Source: the human T2T-CHM13v2.0 reference genome, Homo sapiens
Assembly (NCBI RefSeq): GCF_009914755.1
Contig: NC_060926.1
Length of the DNA stretch: 64,000 nucleotides
Reading direction: 5' to 3' (one strand)
Shown: positions 52,379-64,000 of the stretch, in pieces
Layout of the letters: each line of letters starts with the position of its first letter
Numbering within the stretch: position 1 is the stretch's first letter
Translations under genes and position numbers: made by a program
Notes under the pieces: generated by a model
What the model was told of the DNA's origin: nothing
Databases searched by the model: none
What the model saw: the letters and a program-made list of their open reading frames with translations, nothing else

Positions 52379-54533
52379 TATTATAAATTTTATTGCTTAA
52401 TTTGCTTAGTTTTATTTTCTCTGTCTCAACTCTGGAATCAGCCATTTCTCCAAGGAGCCCTGATTCATTTCATTGAAAATGATATTTAGAAGCCATAATA
52501 TGGTTGCTAGGTGTCCTCATTTCTACTGAGAGATTATTCCTGTAGGCCTTTTCAGTTTCTTATTAATTTCTATTTATGTCGTCATTTTTCTAAGTTATTA
52601 AGGGGAGCACTTAGCTCACTAATTTTTTAGTTTTCTTAAAATCAAAATATTTAGTGCTATAAATTTTTCTCCAGGTAACTTTTTTATTTGTTAATTTATT
52701 CACCAAATATTTAATACATGCCTGAGGCTCTATTTTAGGTGCTTGGAACACATCTGAATAAAGCAAAAATATTTCTTTATTTGTGGAGTTTACATTCTAG
52801 CAGAGGAAGACAAGTAATAAAAACACATTTTAACTGCATTCTAACTAGTTTTTATATGATATTTTTAGTATTCAGTCCTATCTATTTTCTGATTTCCATT
52901 GTGATTTCCTTTTTCCCCAGAGAACGTAGCTTTAATAATATGCCTTGGTATTTGTTGAGACTTGTTTTCTGGGTGAAAATATGGACAGTTTAAAAAAATA
53001 TTTTAGATGGGTTTGAAAAGAATGTTTTTAATTATTAGTGTTTTTAAAAATCTGGCATGTAGAGAAAAAACTTAATTGCATTGTTTCAATGTATTTATTG
53101 TCTGCTTGCCTATACATTATGGGACTGTATTAAAATCTTTCACTATTTTTGTTGCAATGTTGTTAATTTTTTTTCCTGTTATTCTGCTAGTTTTTGACAT
53201 GTATTTTGAATTACATTTTTAGATGATTTCAAGTTCATAATTATTATCTTTCTGTTGCACCATTCCTTTTGTGATTAGGTTAGACTAAGTTCATATCTAA
53301 TCATTCTTTTTTCCTGAGATTTATTTGGTTTTGAAAATATTTGTTCTAGTCTTTTAAAGTTAGTTTGTACTTATTAATTTATTTTCTATATTTTTACTTT
53401 GTTCCTCTGCATCACTAGATTCTAGGTTTGTCTCTTATAAATACATTTATATTTTTAGCAGTCTGACAGTTTATTTCTTCAGCTGGTGAACTTAGTGTAT
53501 TTAAGTTTATTAAATTTATTATAATTACTGACATATGTAATCAAATCTAAGATATTATGTACATATGTGCAGCCCATATTAGATGCTTAAAAAATTCAGA
53601 ATTGTTACTTCCTCTTGTGTAATTTCTTTTGTGTTTCTGTAGGACCTGATTTAGATCTAATACCTAATGCTGCCCATTAAACTATGACAGAATACCCTTA
53701 AACTTTGTCTTACTTAAGGAACTCAGAATACTCAATTGTTGCAGTCATATCTTAATAAACATTTTTTTCATTGATATCAAATTCATGGCCTGCTGCTCTG
53801 TTTTGGTCTGGTTAATTACCTTTTCTACATACACAAGAATTTTTCTTCTCAGTGCCAAATCATTAAGTTAAACTCCACATGTAATACTATCAGCTATGTA
53901 CATAACTCAGTTAAGTAAAGACAAATGGACAGACAGGATTGAGTGTGTGTGTGCATAAGCAATAAAAACTGTGTCATAACTGTGTGTGTTCAACAGCAGC
54001 TGTAAGATGTCATCACTTTTAAGATGCATTCAGATTTCAGAGATGTTAACATATGAAAAAATGTATGGCTAAAAATTGATTTATTCTGGTATTTTAAATT
54101 TTATCATATTTTGTATTTTTTTATTTATTCTAACTGTGTTTTCTTTTTCTTTAAACCTTTTTTTCTTGCCATCTATTAAATTGTTTAGATGTTCTTTGTT
54201 ATCTTCTTTGCTCCTCTACTGATTTTGGAGTTATGAACCTCTGTTATTTTAGCATTTACCCTTAAAATTTCAAGGTATTCATTCTATTTAACAAACTGTA
54301 AGGTTAATCACTTTCCTACTTTTTTGGATAACTCAAGGGCATTATAGCATTTTAACTCTGATTATGTTTTTTCTACATTGTGTATTGTTTTTGTCAATGT
54401 TTTCAGTCTACCGTATTCTAGATTGCAGTTTTACATTTGTGTATGAGTATTTGATGAACATGTATTTAATGATGCATCTTATAATCCAAGACATCTTAGA
54501 TTTCTCCACCAGACAGCAAAAGCATATACCATG

Positions 54534-54536
<3 letters not shown>

Positions 54537-54576
<40 letters not shown>
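54537..54576. repeat. (GT)20 microsatellite
   Basis: Perfect dinucleotide run seen directly. Confidence 0.97.
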
Positions 54577-54578
<2 letters not shown>

Positions 54579-56499
54579 CGTCATTTAATTTCACTAGCTA
54601 TAATGGGGCTTGGCTTACAGTAGAAAATAATTGTTTTATTAATTGAATATTTATTCTACTATAAAAAGACCCCCGTGGTAACCAGAACAATCTCTTTGTT
54701 CATATGAAGCACCCGTCTCTAAGAGCTTTCTAGTCTATTGATTTTAGACTTAGACCCTCCAATATAATCTGACTTGGAAGCTTATAGAGAATATTGTGTA
54801 GCTATCAAGTGATGACCGTAGAGATTTTCAGGTATGTGTCAACACATGATTATGTTCATTCAAAATGTGAAAGGAAAATTCAGATTATAAAGTATTAGGG
54901 ATATAATGATTGAAATAGGCAAGGAGTCAGGCCTTGGACTGGTTGGACATCTTTTTTTTCCAGTGGTAACATAATCTGTTATTTATCTTTTTGAAACTCC
55001 CAATTTTCTTCTGTACTTTTTAGCTCATTACATTCTGTTGGGCTTAAAGATTTATTTGCTGCTGTGGTCACTTGCTTTTAGACAAGAGGCAAAACTTTCT
55101 ACTGACATCTACCTCAGGTAGCAAAGACAAGTGCCTAAAGTAGGTACTGTTTTATGTGGGCCAAGGTTGGAACAGGATATTTCTCCTTAGCCTTGGAAAC
55201 CATACTAGTAAAATAGTTTGTCATAGGGTGGGAACAAAGGTTTTCTCACCACTTCTTCTATACCAAGACTGGACTCTGTCCCCTGTGTATACTTTCTTAA
55301 GTTTTCTTCTTGGAAGAAAGTAGATCTGGCTAATCCACTCTTCCTGCAGTTTCCTTGGGACTATTGCATGGGTAAAAATGAAATAACTTAACATGAATGA
55401 AGGCGAAAAGATAATTTTAAGTGCTATAAGTAAGTTTAGTTTCTTTGTTATTGTAAAGAGGTCTGGGTTTACAATTTAATATTAGCTAGAACTGAAATAA
55501 TACTTTCTTCAACTGGTTAGTAGCATTACTGATAATTAAAAACTGGAGAATGGTTAAAAAATTGTGTATGATTGGCTCAACTGTAATGTACAATTTATAT
55601 ATTTTAATAAAATTTGTGACATATTTATATCTAAGATGTGAATTAATGGAAAAAAGAGAACAGCTGACAGAATTAGAAGAAAGAAAAGGACAATGTTAAT
55701 AATAGGACACAGCATTTTAATAAATATATTGAATATATAAAAATATATTGTATCTCAAGAATTTGATCCTGTTCTCAAGTCTGTTTCTTACTGATTTTCA
55801 ATTGTAGTCAATACTAGTTCCACCTTTTTTCCTTTCCCTTTCCTTCAGATATCATCCAGACACTTAACACAGTGCCTGGCATATTCTAGCTTCTTGATAA
55901 ATATTTTAGCTATTTAAATGAGTAAAGGAATGAATGGATGGAGAGTGAACAAATGAACAAATGACGAAGTTTTAGTCTTTTGCAGTACAAATAAATATAC
56001 ATGTAAATTTATTGAGATTTGAAAACAATCTTTTAATAATTTAGGTAATGTAGAGGAAAAGATTAATTTGTTTTAAAATGTGAACACTGGAGTTTTTAAA
56101 AGTAGGGTTATACCATCTGAACAACAAATGGAAAATAAGAATTAAATGAAGTAAGGTAACTTGAAATGAATTTATGAGATATGTATTCTTTAATGTAAAA
56201 GTAATTGATTAGCAGGTTCAGAAGAAATTTTTAAAGACTTTATTCTCATTTTAACCTTGCTTGTTCTAGAATTTTGTCAAGTATAAATTGTTTTGAACTT
56301 TCTACTTAAATTGAATCGATTTTTATTTCTGAATCATTATGAGTTCTAATTTAGTGCAATTGAATCAATGGATTTTACTGTGTATTATATATTGGCTTTA
56401 ATGCCATATATCTATAAAATATTTCCCCCCACATTTTGGATCTATATGATTCATATTGTCTATTGATTCTGTATTTAAATATTTAAATATGGTTTATGA

Positions 56500-56720
56500 T
56501 CAAGTGTATGGGCTGTGATGTCAGGCAGATTTGAGTTTCTGTCTCTAATATATTACCTCTTAGTGAGCAATTTATTCAACGTCTCAAACTTCAGTAGCAT
56601 CTTGTATAAAATGGAGATGATTGATTCCTACTACCATAAAAGGTTGTTGGGATGACATAATAAACTTACATATGTAAAATGCTTAGCATAGTGTTTGGGA
56701 TATGGTAGGTATTCAGTAAT
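56500..56720. mobile_element. MIR fragment just upstream of exon 3
   Basis: tgtataaaatggagatga..aggttgttggga..atgtaaaatgcttagcatagtg MIR core. Confidence 0.7.
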
Positions 56721-56765
56721 TGGGAATAACTATTTTTCTCCATTGTGTGTTTTTTTTGTCTGCAG

Positions 56766-56815
56766 CTTTCCCCACAAATAAACCAGAGAAAGATGCAAGA
56801 CATGTAGTAAAAGTG
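56766..56815 (+). CDS. VRK2: VRK2 exon 3 (50 nt)
   Basis: tttttttgtctgcag| acceptor, GTG|GTAAGT donor; phase 1 continues exon 2 as (A)FPTNKPEKDARHVVKV, containing the ATP-binding Lys61. Confidence 0.97.
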
Positions 56816-57557
56816 GTAAGTGTTGCTCATAGATTTGTATTTCACATATATTTGACTTTTTCCTTTTCTGCTTTAAGAATGTTTTTCACGTTAATTTTTG
56901 TAACTATTGCCTTATCAGTAAACCTAATGTTATCATCTGTTTTGACGTTGTTAAAACATTAAAACTGGAGAACCTTTGTTTTTCTGTATTGCCAGCTATT
57001 ACCCTGGTGTGTTATCTATCTAGCTATTCTTTCTCTTTCCCTCCCAAATGCCCTCCCACCCTCTCCACCTCTCTAATCAAGATGGTAAGGTCCTTAAAGG
57101 CAAGCATAGGGTTTTATTTCTTTTTGGTGTCCCCTGTACCTAGTATAATGAATGAAATATAGTAGACCATTCAGTAAAGGTATCATGTGTGAGTGGACCA
57201 CAAGGAGAGTTTGCTGTGTATCACCCGGATGTATATGTTGGTATACAGTGAGTGTTGTATATGTTTATGTATACAGTTCTCAGTGCTTCTAGTAAGTGTT
57301 CTCTGTAAGAAAACTACTTTTATGTGTAAGACTGTATAGGGATAGTGGTACAATATGTCGTTTAAAAATTAGATTCTTCAAGTTTATTTAGTGTTTTCTG
57401 AGATTTTTAGTGGAAATCTGGTGCCTATGTTTTATAAAAAGTGATTCAAGTACTATTATATACTACATATATATGTTCATATTTTCACAGTTGAAATAAC
57501 AATTCCATCTTTGGGATTATTTTTTTCTAGTAAAATTAATTATTCTTTTTTTTATAG

Positions 57558-57627
57558 GAATATCAAGAAAATGGCCCGTTATTTTCAGAACTTAAATTTT
57601 ATCAGAGAGTTGCAAAAAAAGACTGTA
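57558..57627 (+). CDS. VRK2: VRK2 exon 4 (70 nt)
   Basis: ttttttttatag| acceptor, GTA|GTAAGT donor; EYQENGPLFSELKFYQRVAKKDC in frame (helix C region). Confidence 0.97.
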
Positions 57628-59015
57628 GTAAGTAAAATTAGCAAAGCAAGCTACTTCCATATATGTGCTTGCTAAAGTGAGTGTTGATATTTTGGTCTTT
57701 TTCTGGCCTTCTGGAAAATTCTTTTCAATAGAAATTTTATTGTAAAGTGATACAGTTAACTGTTACAACATATAAAAGCAAGACAGATGGTATACAAATC
57801 TTGACATGACATACATAATGGGTTATATATTTTAAGTCAAAGTTGTTTCTACTACTTTACATAAAATGTTAGGTTGTTAATCTAAGCTACCAAGAGTTCC
57901 CTAAGTGTAAAAGATAGTAGAATGAAATTATTTCTTTTACAGTAAACCATTTGGATAGGACGGCTATAAGGAAAAAACATTAAAATGGGAAGTAGATATA
58001 TGTATAAAAAAAGAACGATTGTAGAATGGATTGGGGCAAGGTGTGTGGAAATGTGAAAATGATTAAACTTTAAGATGTTTAAGAAAATGTTAGAAACTTG
58101 AATGCTGGAAAATTAATTGGAGCTGGATACCAAGTGTAAGAATGACCAGTTAGAAGACTTGAATGGGAAATGAATATAAGCAGAGAGGAAAAATAACAGC
58201 ATTTTATAAATGTGATATAGATGGGCTAAGAAAAACATTAAAGAAGTAGACAGGAGTAATGACTGTATAGTCAAGGTCCTTTACATCATGTTTAAGAATA
58301 AGAGTGATGGGTCTGACCTCAATATTTAACTTAGTTTTTCTTAATAAAGTCTTCTAAACATTAAGACTGTAATCTTTACTAATTGCTTAAACTATGTCAC
58401 AGTGACAAATAGAATCCATTAAACTTGATTGTTTATCAGTAGAGCTGTCTTAAACATAAAAAACATAGGCTAGAGTCATGAAAAAAATGATGAAAGTTAA
58501 CTTTATTTAAGTGGATTTGATTTTTTGTAAACTAATCAAAACCAGTTTTTGTATAAAGTAATTTCAAAGTAAGATGGTTTTTCTGCCCAATTTCTGCTTT
58601 TTTTTTCTTTTTTTTTTTTTTTTGGTCCATTATGGTTTTAAATCTTGAAGTAATAGGGAAGAAAAAGCCATCTCTCTACTGATCTTTTGGTGGTTAACAT
58701 ATGTTATATTTAGAAATTTAGCTAGTATATAAGATAATGAATTCTTTTTATAGATTGAAACATTAATATATATGGTATCAATATACAAAGCCTATGACTT
58801 GTTTTTATTGATTTAATTTAAAAATTTCTAATTTTTTGTTAATTATAGTGGTAACAGTTTGAGGCCATTAGATAGAGATGTTTGATTGAAAAAAAATTAT
58901 CTTCTAGGAAGATCTAATTACTTTTTTGGTTAGCTAAATAAATTTGTCTGTAGAAAGGTGACAAGTATCTTTTCAAATAACATGAATCTTTTTAAAAATA
59001 AATTTGTCTTTGTAG

Positions 59016-59103
59016 TCAAAAAGTGGATAGAACGCAAACAACTTGATTATTTAGGAATTCCTCTGTTTTATGGATCTGGTCTGACTGAATTCAAGGGAAG
59101 AAG
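59016..59103 (+). CDS. VRK2: VRK2 exon 5 (88 nt)
   Basis: tgtctttgtag| acceptor, AAG|GTAAAA donor; (I)[28 protein letters not shown](S) in frame. Confidence 0.97.
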
Positions 59104-59151
59104 GTAAAATGGAATTATTATAATCAAATATTTCTTTATAACTATTCCTTA

Positions 59152-59740
59152 TGTGGTCTATGAGTTAACTATTGCCATGTAACAAATTACCAAAACATAT
59201 TGGCATATAACCACAAACTTGTATTGTCTTAGTTTCTGTGAGTGAGGAGACTGCAAGTGGCTTATCTGTATGATTCTAGATCAGGATCTCTAATAAGGAT
59301 ATGTAGTCAGCTGTCTGCTGGGTTACATTCATTTCAAGGCTCATCTGGGGAAGTATTTGTTTTCAGGGTTCCTCATGTGGCTACTGGTAGGCCTAAGAAG
59401 ATCTACTTCTAATTTACTTATGTGATTGTTGGCAGGCCTTCTTACTTCCTGATCATGTGGGTCTTTGCATAAGCTACCTGAGTGTTATGAAAAATAGCTG
59501 GCTTTCTCTAGAGCAATTAATTGGGGGACGGGGAGAGCATGCACACAAGTGCATTCAAGAAGGAAGTCATCGTTTTTTGTAATCTAATCTTAAAAGGGAT
59601 ATTATCGCTTCTGCTTTATTCTCTTTGCTAGAAGCTAGTCACTAGATAGATCCATTGGTCCTGAGAGAGGAGAATTCAGTTCTATCTCTTGAGGAGAAGC
59701 ACAACAAATAAGTTATAGAAATATCTTTAAAACCACCAAA
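59152..59740 (-). mobile_element. MLT1F/G-type MaLR LTR
   Basis: tattgccatgtaacaaattacc..gtttctgtgagtgaggag..atatctttaaaaccacca. Confidence 0.72.
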
Positions 59741-60383
59741 TATGGCTAGTCCTATATATAATTTATTAATAGTGTTTGAAAAAAGAAAAAAAGTGTGTCA
59801 TTTTATATTTACCCTTTTGTGCCAGAGACTTTTATATACTTTATCTTATTTTGTCCTTTGAATAGCCTGTTAAAATAGGTGATATTATTTTTATTCCATA
59901 GATGAGAGAATAAGCTCAGATGTCAGTACTTTGTTGAAATGGTCTCTAAATGCTTTAAATTTAAAAAAATGAGCAAACAGTAATCTTGAAGTAAAGGACT
60001 GCCACTGGGGGACTGAATGGCTGATTGAATCATGATACATCCATATCATGTCATATGTAGCCCATTAAAGAAGTCCATTAGAGCTATACTAGTTGCCTTA
60101 GAAGGATTTTGATGAGATACTATTGAAAAAAGTAAGATGGAGAAAATACTTATAATATGATCACATTTTTGTAAAACAAATTCCTAAGTGTGTGTGTTTG
60201 TGTATGCATGCATAGATATAGAATAGGGGCTGATGTGGATATATAAATGAAGGGAAGGAAAGAAGGTATGGAAGGTGCCAAACAGAACAGAAAAGGAAGA
60301 AGTGCACTTAAAGACATGTTTATAAATGTATAGAGACGGTATATATGATCTTATCAAGAAACAAACAAATATAAAATTCATGT

Positions 60384-60716
<333 letters not shown>

Positions 60717-61017
60717 TCATGGAGTCAAAATGAATTGCATTCAGTACTATCTAATTTAGAAAGATTTTTTCATTATGTAAAACAGTGTGAATGGTTCAGT
60801 ACAGCATTCTCTTATAGAAAATCAGCTGCAAAGTAAATATTGAGCAGTTTCTGCAAAAGAATAGCAGAATTATGAACGTGCATTCATTCTCTAATGGTTT
60901 AGATTGCATTATACTTAGTTGTTAGGTTGAGCGTAATTTTTCTTGTTTCAAATTAAATAGACAGTTTCAAGCATTACTTTCTCAGGATGATCTCTTTTTG
61001 ATGCTTTTTTCTTACAG

Positions 61018-61123
61018 TTACAGATTTATGGTAATGGAAAGACTAGGAATAGATTTACAGAAGATCTCAGGCCAGAATGGTACCTTTAAAAAGTCAACTG
61101 TCCTGCAATTAGGTATCCGAATG
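61018..61123 (+). CDS. VRK2: VRK2 exon 6 (106 nt)
   Basis: ttttttcttacag| acceptor, ATG|GTAAGA donor; [35 protein letters not shown] (hinge region); cumulative CDS 450 nt. Confidence 0.97.
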
Positions 61124-62307
61124 GTAAGAATTACTTATTTCGCATGCTCCATTTCCAAATTGTTTACTTCTTGCAATATAGAAATCTTTTCCCTTTGTGG
61201 AATTATTAGAGAATGAAGGATTATTGCCCTAGAGACATCAGTTATTAGGAGTAGAGGCTATTTTGGTGAAATTGATAACAATGGGCTCTGTAAGTGACAG
61301 AATGTGCTGTGTATGGCACTGCAAACTCAATTAGGCTTTGGTTCTCCAGTCTGATCTTCTTTTTCCTTAGAGCTTTGTTTTACATACCAGAACAAGCTTT
61401 CATTGCTGTAAGAATAACCTTTCTTTTGTCAGTTATAACAATGCAAATTATGGCAAAATATATTGTCAGACATTTTAAACATGTGATGGTAGGGGGGTGC
61501 TATGAAGTTTTTATTATGAGTTTGGGATGGTGGCAATAATTAGTTGTGACAATGAATAAAATATACTTTGCCAAAGCAGAAGCAACGAACTCTTAATAGC
61601 ACTCAGGCACACATTTGTTTATACTACATATTTGTCTTATATGTTTGTATTTGGTTTGTTTAAGTCTCATTTTTTCACTTTTGAGTAGCATGAAGCTGCT
61701 TATGCCAGATTGGAATGCAGCAAATAGAATGCATTAATTTTCTCATTTATCCATCCTCGAAGCCAGCAAATGTTTATTGAGTACTAAGTGTATGTAACAT
61801 GCAAGGCTGAAGGGCTTTAGAGATGAAGCTAAGGAGTTTTCTATTACCATACAGAGGAAGAATACCTTTCCCTTTGCTCATGGACATGGCATTTTGTTCT
61901 GAGATTCTCAAGGCTTGATTTATAATTATTGCTTAGGTGAGGAATTGCTGAGTGGGCTTCAAGATTATTTCACCATAGATCTCTGATTTTATGCTATGTT
62001 TTTCCTCTTTGTGCAGTGCGGTTTGGCTACTGGGCTATCAGGAATTAGGCATAAGCATTTTTGAATCTTGATTTTCTTCCTTTGGAACTTCAACTAAAAT
62101 ACTTGATTTTTGAGGATCATTTTACTTTTTTCTAGGATGAGCAACCAGAAGATGTGATATTTTAGAATAATTAACCAGTAATTGTGAAATACATCGCTTT
62201 GTCAATGTTAATATGAAAAAACCCATGTTATTCTATATTCAAAATGTTGAAATTGATCATGAGTTCTAAATAGCAGTAAACCTTATTTTATCTATTTATT
62301 TTCACAG

Positions 62308-62400
62308 TTGGATGTACTGGAATATATACATGAAAATGAATATGTTCATGGTGATGTAAAAGCAGCAAATCTACTTTTGGGTTACAAAAATCCAGACCAG
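62308..62400 (+). CDS. VRK2: VRK2 exon 7 (93 nt), catalytic loop; gene continues past the window
   Basis: tttattttcacag| acceptor, CAG|GTAAAT donor; [31 protein letters not shown] with the HGDxKxxN motif; cumulative 543 nt = 181 codons. Confidence 0.98.
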
Positions 62401-62753
62401 GTAAATACATACTTTTGCTTTTAATAAAGGTCTTTAATGTATGAAACTGAAACATTCAGAAAACAAACTTCTAACCCAGAAGAGTTTACAAATGAGGGCG
62501 TAACATGATGAATGTTGTAATTTATCTTACCTGCTTATCTAATTTAATCTTTGTACCAAACTAATGAGTAATTAGGATGAGAAACTGAGAGTCAGAGGGG
62601 TTAAATAATATGTTAATGGGCACACAGTTAAGAAGTGGCTGAGCAGGAATTTGAATTTCTGAGCAAATATAGATAAGCAAAGAACCATCAAAATCCAGTG
62701 GGAGTAGAGATGGATTTATGTAGAGGTTAAAACACTGTCATATTAGTTCATCA

Positions 62754-63118
<365 letters not shown>

Positions 63119-63214
63119 TTAAAATTTTGTGTAATGATGAAAATATTCTGTTTGACTGTCCAATATGGTAGCCATTAGCAGTATGTGGCTAAGTACTTAA
63201 AACGTGGTCAGTAC

Positions 63215-64000
63215 AGTACCAACTGCTGATGAGTATTTGGAGTAACAGGAACTCTCATTTGTTGCTCATGGAAATTTGTTGCTAATGGAAATGCAAAATG
63301 ATACAGCCACTTTGGAAGACAGTTGGGCAGTTACTTAGAAAGCTAGACACTCTTAACATACCAAGCAGCAGTTGTGCTCATTAGTATTTACCCAAATGAG
63401 TTGAAAACTTACATCCACACAAAAACCTGCACGTGAATGCTTGTAGTCGGTTTATTCATACTCGTCAAAACATTGAAGTAACCAAGATGTCTTTGAGTAG
63501 GTGAATGGATAAACTGATACATCCAGATAATGGAATATTATTCATTGCTAAATAGAAATGAACTTTTCAGCCATGAAAAAACATGGAAGAAACCTAAATG
63601 TATTTTACTATGTAAAAGAAGCCAATCTGAAAAGGCTAGTTACTATACAATTTCAACTATATGACATTCTGGAAAAGGCAAAACTATAGAGACAGTAAAA
63701 AGATCAATTTTTTACTATCTCCATAGGTTAGAAGGGAGAGGAAGGATGAATGAGTGAAGCACAGTGGATTTTTAGGTCAGTGAAACTATTCTGCATGATA
63801 CCATAATGGTGAATACATGTCATCATTTGGTTGTTAAGATCCATAGAATGGACAAGACCAAGAGTGAACATAATGTAAACTGTGGCTTTTGGATGATAAG
63901 GATTGTCATTCTTGGTTCATTCACTATAAAAAATGTGCTACTCTAGTGAGGGATGTTGATAGCGGAGAGACTTTGTGTGGGCTTGAGGTATATGGGAACT
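63215..64000 (+). mobile_element. L1MC-type 3' region (preceded by a MER3-like fragment ~63110-63215)
   Basis: gcaaaatgatacagccactttggaagacagtt, tttacccaaatgagttgaaaactta, gccaatctgaaaaggcta motifs. Confidence 0.85.

Larger units (their letters stand above)
49510..52560 (-). mobile_element. L1MC4/5-type 3' region, split at ~49845/51750 by a later insertion
   Basis: gcattgatacaatactatta..ttttggttcaaaatcc on the left; tgacacttttgaagagtac..ttttgtagaatgtccttcaatttggg..gccatttctccaaggagccctg on the right. Confidence 0.72.

Noticed and set aside
63257-63292. 17-bp tandem duplication atttgttgct(c/a)atggaa
   Set aside because: Trivial slippage duplication inside an old L1.

Overview
Primate (almost certainly human) genomic DNA, AT-rich and repeat-dense, containing the 5' half of VRK2 (vaccinia-related kinase 2, casein-kinase-1 superfamily) on the + strand. 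A CpG-island promoter and non-coding first exon lie at ~19.2-20.2 kb. Six coding exons (21521-21656, 56766-56815, 57558-57627, 59016-59103, 61018-61123, 62308-62400) splice in frame with GT-AG ends to give codons 1-181, and the gene continues beyond the window. This haplotype encodes Val167 in the catalytic loop (HGDVKAAN). The remainder is mostly transposon debris: Alu, L1, L2, MIR, MaLR/ERVL/ERV1 solo LTRs, a near full-length Tigger1, MER and MADE1 elements. I found no convincing new biological system. The best leads are: an LTR-derived, uORF-rich upstream 5'UTR exon; a poison exon in intron 2; an intra-exon acceptor that would remove Met1; an exon 3-7 circRNA configuration; an apparent ancient L1 3' transduction; LTRs with DUX4-type motifs; and a possible antisense transcript with a 168-codon ORF. 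Repeat subfamily names are from visual recognition and need RepeatMasker/Dfam confirmation.
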